A stretch of DNA of 64,000 bases from Atractiella rhizophila (Eukaryota): positions 1 through 64,000 of the forward strand of contig MU271430.1 in assembly GCA_021432655.1 (NCBI GenBank). The letters run 5' to 3'. Below the pieces are notes generated by a model. That model saw only the letters and a program-made list of their open reading frames with translations. It did not search any database and was not told where the DNA came from. Each line of letters begins with the position of its first letter. Position 1 is the stretch's first letter. Shown here in pieces: positions 62,457 to 64,000 of the stretch. A program made the position numbers and the translations under genes.

Positions 62457-63559
62457 AGAAGCTGTCGGTACATATCAGTCTCTCTTTGGACATCGAACTC
62501 ACTTTGTCTGATAGGACTCACTCTCTCCGCTTCTCCACTCATTCTTCGGAGTCCGTTCTTGAAGGAATTGATCTACAAACTGTGACACACGAAGGAGGCA
62601 ACCACCTGCCGATATCGTTCACAAATGTGAAGCAGCCCGACGATGCGGAGGAGCCTTCTGTCGTTGGTGAATACGGGGACAATCAGGGAATGACCGAAGG
62701 CGGCGCCGCCCTCTCATTCGCAGGGGACTGTGAGGACAATGCCTTCTTGTCTACTGTCGTATTGGGAGGAAGACATGATAAGGCCAGCATGCCGAGAGAC
62801 ACACCTCAATTTCATGGAGACAGCCAGCTTCTGGAGTCGGAAAATGAGTCGATTCGATTGCACGAGTTGCCTACAGCGTCAGATATCGGAGATGACCTGT
62901 TGGTAAGTCCACTTCATTCTCTCATTTTCCTGCATTTGCTAATATATCTCAAGCAATCTTCGCTGCTCCTGAAATTCTTGATGTAGCTTAACGGTCAGAA
63001 AACTGGAATTCAGGTGATGAAATAAAGCTTACAAGCACACGTTCTTGCTATTACGTGTTTATCTTCCTCTCAGCGTGACAAGTCATGCCGTTTCGTGATG
63101 CCGCAAACAGTCTCATCAAGCAAAAAGTCTCGATAGAGAATGAATAGTTCACTCTGCCTGGGGAGAACTCAAGTGCATACATCCATCCCGACCTATTAGT
63201 GCCATGCACATACAGCAGTCACCCCCGGTCCAAACCTGGATGAGCACGAGATTCAAGTTGATGCGGAAGGAATTTGACATTTCCTGGTTCAGAGGGAATG
63301 CACAGGATCCCTTGAAAGATGGGCAGAGGGGTCATATTGATGCACGGGGTTAACTCCTTGGGATCGGGGTTCTTCACCTGAAGGTAAGTCATCCACCTCA
63401 CTCCTTTTTGATACATTCCTCTTGAATAATTTATTTCTTACTGGTACCAAAGGTGAAATATTGTTGCTGCTTAACCAGTGGCCTGTGAACACGCATATAT
63501 CTATTCATGGCTTCGCTTCTCCTATACCCTATGAGGGACCACATCTGCAAACAGCGATG

Positions 63560-63990
63560 TTCTTATTTCTCGTGTGATGAAGAAGTTGCTAATCACGATG
63601 TTACTGAAAGACTTCCCACAGCGCTTTAATTCACGCTAATTACGTCCCAATTACGTGAGGAATCGAGGGAGATACAATGAGCATTGCTATTTCGCATACA
63701 ATGGTGTCCTCGCACTCCGCTTTGTTAAATGTTAATCTAATGTTGAAGTCCTCAGTACTACCTGAAAGCCCTCTTTGAGCGCTTTAATGAGCGATGTTTG
63801 CATCTAGATTGTGTTAGAAACTAATGAGGCTATGATAAACATTGATATATCATTTTAGTGATGCTGAGTTTTCGCGCTCCGCTTTTTTTTTGATATCTCT
63901 CTGATATTTACGTGCTTAGTACACCATGAAAGGTCTCTTCCATTGCTTCAATCCACACTATTTACGTCCAGGTTACGGCGGGAATTGATG
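63560..63990. repeat. Highly diverged copies of the 161-bp satellite
   Basis: CTCCGCTTT anchors near 63715 and 63877 (162 bp apart), plus TTACGTC and AATGAGCA..TTGC matches. Confidence 0.6.
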
Positions 63991-64000
63991 AAGATATCAT

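Noticed and set aside
63190..63500. Possible KDZ transposase fragment (GVTAVCAWH) or a protease partner for the gasdermin-like gene
   Set aside because: Single weak motif, wrong order relative to other KDZ motifs, and no protease catalytic motif.

Overview
Eukaryotic, intron-rich fungal DNA, most likely a basidiomycete (Pucciniomycotina-like; inferred from ~45-60 nt introns, degenerate 5' splice sites, a CAP64/CAS3-like SGNH gene and TTAGGG-type repeats). From 1 to ~47 kb is a gene-dense core region: an SGNH/CAP64-like protein, two F-box-like proteins, a cytochrome P450, CTF18, a DHA1 MFS transporter, a PUF/Pumilio protein, an UNC-93-like MFS transporter, a conserved membrane protein, SPT6, a xylitol/sorbitol dehydrogenase and kinesin-1. 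About 1.95 kb in the middle of SPT6 (35538-~37485) is present reversed but not complemented; read backwards it encodes the missing part of Spt6, so it is almost certainly a gap-filling artefact. From ~47 kb the window becomes accessory. It holds a decayed hAT transposase, then ~9 kb of at least seven repeat families (including ~12 copies of a 161-bp satellite between two direct-repeat blocks), ending in GGGTTAGGGTTAGG at an N gap. Beyond the gap lies a hand-spliceable ~340-aa gene whose motif order resembles a gasdermin/RCD-1-like pore-forming protein, the most interesting biological candidate. All family calls are by eye from motifs; no searches were run.
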